Source: Callorhinchus milii
Taxonomy: Eukaryota
Length of the DNA stretch: 64,000 nt
Direction: 5' to 3'
Assembly (NCBI RefSeq): GCF_018977255.1
Contig: NW_024704743.1
Span: 31,870,001-31,934,000 of the forward strand
This document shows positions 60,986-64,000 of this stretch, in pieces. Under the pieces are notes generated by a model, which made no database searches, had not been told where the DNA came from, and was given only the letters and a program-made list of their open reading frames with translations. The number at the start of each line of letters is the position of its first letter. The first letter of the stretch is position 1. The translations under genes and the position numbers were made by a program.

Positions 60986-62072
60986 TTGTTAGTGAGATAT
61001 TAATAATTAGCATTCTACAGGAATGCTGTGGCCTGCTTCTAAGATGATTTTTTAAGCCACAAATAGGTAACAGCATTTATTTCTGCCCACAGGCTGTCTG
61101 CAGTGATTGCACAATAAACAAAGCACTGGTTCCACGTTGGTGCAGTAGCTGCATAAATACGAGGTAGAAAAATGTACTGTATTGTTGCAATAAAATGTGC
61201 TCAAATACCACTCAAATGTGCTGCTTAGACCATAATAACTTATTATTAGAATCAAGGAAGCAAAAATCATAGAAATTTCCAGCATAGAAGGAGGCCATTC
61301 GGCCCTTTGAGTCTTCATTAGCTCTCAGAGTAAGCTGTCCATTCAACCCCACTGCCCTGACTATCAATTCAACAATTTGAGTTTTCTTACCTAAAATAAG
61401 AGTTTCATTTTTGTGTCAATTGGAATTTCTAGTTTCCTAAACTGGAGTTTCATGCCAAGAAAGTGTAATTGTTTGGGGGAATAGATTTTCTCAAAGTAGC
61501 TCTAGATAATAGAAGTGGGACTGTGCCAGTTTCGGCGTGCAACAATAATCAGTGCAATGCTAATATAGTCTCTTTAAAATTAACAATACAACAAAATGAG
61601 ATTACAGGTAACAAAATGCCAAGAGAAAATTACTGATTAATTGTCATAATACTATGGGACTGAAAGGATTGTTCTTAAAAGACCCAGCACACAAATGGCC
61701 TTCTTCTGTGCTGTAAATTACTATGGTTCTAGTTCAATGTTCTATATTTGATTTGTACAAATTTTGAGAGAAGGGAGTTTCTCCCAGTGTCTTGGCCAAC
61801 AATCCTTCAAATAAAATTGATCCATTCACTTCATGGCTATTTGTGGGGCATTGCTGTGTTCAAATTGACTGCTGTAGTTCACCTACAAAATACACAGTAA
61901 CTGCACTTTACAGTATATCCTGTAGAGGTGTATCAAATGCAAGGATTATTATTATTTTCTTGTGATAAATAACTAAACCACACTGTCCTAGAGAAGGGAA
62001 TATGTGTCCAGACCGAGAAACTGCACTTTGTTTGTGTCTGCAGTATTGTAATTAGTATTTATAATAATAGTT

Positions 62073-62275
62073 TGTCAGCCTGGCTCACTGGTGTGTCAGC
62101 CTGGCTCAGTTGGTAGCACCGTTGCTTCTAAGTCAGTAGGTAGTGGGTTCAAGCCCCACATTGGGACTTGGACTTTGCATACTCCATGTCACCCACAAAA
62201 CACCCAGTCACTGTGCTCTACACTATATCCTGTGAAACACTTTGGGACGTCCCCCTGTACCAAATGTAAGGATGC
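62073..62275 (+). mobile_element. Old DeuSINE-like head with a 21-bp 5' duplication, plus deleted body and tail
   Basis: tgtcagcctggctca occurs twice, followed by gtgggttcaagccccac. Confidence 0.75.
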
Positions 62276-63889
62276 CTCAGGAGTCTTACAGGCATTGCTG
62301 CGTTCTCATTTCAACTCTCAGTCTGGACACGTTTTCATTCTAAGATGCAAATAGCTATCGTGAAATTCTATGTCTGTTAACTGAATTTTATATTTGTAAT
62401 GTAATTTGTATTCTGTAATTATTTAGAAGTGACAGATTAACTAGCTAAGCCTGCAGAATTGGCTAAGTATAAAAAATTCACTCCACTTAGTGAACAGTGC
62501 AGAATAACCTATTTGTGTGTATCCATATATGGGAAAATGCAAATCCAAGAAAGAACTGAGGGAACTCATTGCCTTCACTGCTCTATCATTTATCTCCTCT
62601 CTATCTGTCTTTAAATCCCACCTAAAACATACCCTTTGGCCATTGTTACAGTAATCTCCCTCACTTTTCTTTCTCAGCATCCTACACTATGACTGTAAAG
62701 TACTCTGAGACGCTATCCTATGTGAAAAGCATTATACAAATGCTAGTTGAAAGTTTTGCCATGCAAAAAATACACAAACAGTTGCAATATGTTAATTTTC
62801 CCAAATAATCCCTTGCAAAAAGTTTTGTGATCACAATGCATGTTTTTGGCCTTGCCCTTGTGGAAATTCTTCTCGGTTTATAGAGAAACAAAAAAACATA
62901 TTTTCTACACATCATGATTAATTTAAAAAGAACACACTATGATCTATAATATGTATTGACAACTCACCATTCCTGGAATGGCACCCTGGGCTGAAATATT
63001 TTTCTTTCATAGTCTCACTCCTCCTTCTCACATACAGCCTCTGGAGAAATGGTAAAATGGTGTTCTTGCAACTGCTAGTTTGTGAATAGTCATAGGGTTT
63101 TGTAAAGATATTGTCTAGAGAGCAGTCAGTTACCGATTAAAAACACAAAATCTTTGAAATTTTACAGCACAGAAGGAGGCCGTTCATATCTTTGTGTCCG
63201 TGCTTGTGCAAGCTCCCTCCACTCGAGCTGCTCTTTCCCCTACCCTTTAATATTATTTTTCCACAAGCTTTGTCCAATTTCATTTTTAAATTATTTTATG
63301 GACTCTGCTTCAACACCCATTGGTGGGAAAGTGTTCCCTATTGCTAACAACCTCTGTATGAGATAACCTCACCTTTTTGTCTACAGGGATTCTGAGTCAA
63401 TCTGGATAGCGCTTAACTCTGCCTATGGAAATCTAGCTAACTGGGTCCTTGCCTCTGGTAACTGTGCGGCTGGCATGTGCTCAATACCAATAGGTGAGAT
63501 ATCTGAAATGTACCAGTTTTGTACATCTAAAGCTGTGAAACCAGTAACCACTACCTTGCTCAGGAAAGCAGCTAGTTAATGCCACAGCGCAAAACTAATA
63601 GGTCAAACATGGCTTCTGTGCCCCAGCCAAATTCATCATATGTCTTGCGAACAATGTCTGACACAAACACACAGATTAATTTAGGCATTTCAAGAGAATG
63701 GGGCCATGACCTTTACTTGGATGAACTTTAAAGTTCCATGCGTTATGAACAATGGATAAGTATCCGAGGTTTGGAACCGACATCACAGAAAATTCAGATG
63801 GTCCAAAGTAACTACAGGGTTTTTACTTGGTTCAGTACTTTGCAGTTAATGTTTGGATCATCAGAATCACATGGTATTCCCCCAATTAC

Positions 63890-64000
63890 AACAACAGCAA
63901 GAAAAGTTGTACAGCGCCTTTGACGTCGGGAGGACGTCCCAAGGCGCTGGACAATCAGTGTTTCAGATCCGAGCTGGGGGTCGGCATCGGGGAGTTTGGA
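63890..64000 (-). mobile_element. L2 3' end running off the window
   Basis: acaacaacagcaag...agcgcctttgacgtcgggaggacgtcccaaggcgctg. Confidence 0.9.

Overview
Repeat-dense, apparently non-genic or intronic vertebrate DNA. No host protein-coding gene, rRNA, true tRNA gene or CRISPR array is supported. The repeat set points to a cartilaginous fish, plausibly a chimaera/elephant shark; this is inference from recalled repeat families, not a search. It comprises L2 and CR1 LINEs, a very abundant tRNA(Ala)-headed SINE with a DeuSINE-like body and an L2-matching tail, older SacSINE1-like, LF-SINE-like and AmnSINE2-like SINEs, Penelope-like relics and several MITEs. The only confidently identified protein remnants are decayed LINE ORFs: an L2 reverse transcriptase at 36.9-38.4 kb, a CR1 ORF2 C-terminus at 28.7 kb and a CR1 ORF1 esterase at 56.1-56.6 kb. 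The best leads are: (1) an unclassified ~470-490 bp A-tailed, hairpin-bearing repeat present 8 times, with no Pol III head; (2) three separate L2 insertions sharing one ORF2 C-terminal frameshift and a variable G-rich 46-bp 3'UTR repeat; (3) a modular SINE whose youngest subfamily lost an internal domain and matches the L2 3' stem-loop; (4) nested insertions with TSDs that give a relative TE chronology; (5) TE-free islands with RFX/TCF/NF-E2 motifs and one candidate 39-nt cassette exon. All family names come from visual recognition and need RepeatMasker/Dfam confirmation. Boundaries of old repeats are approximate.
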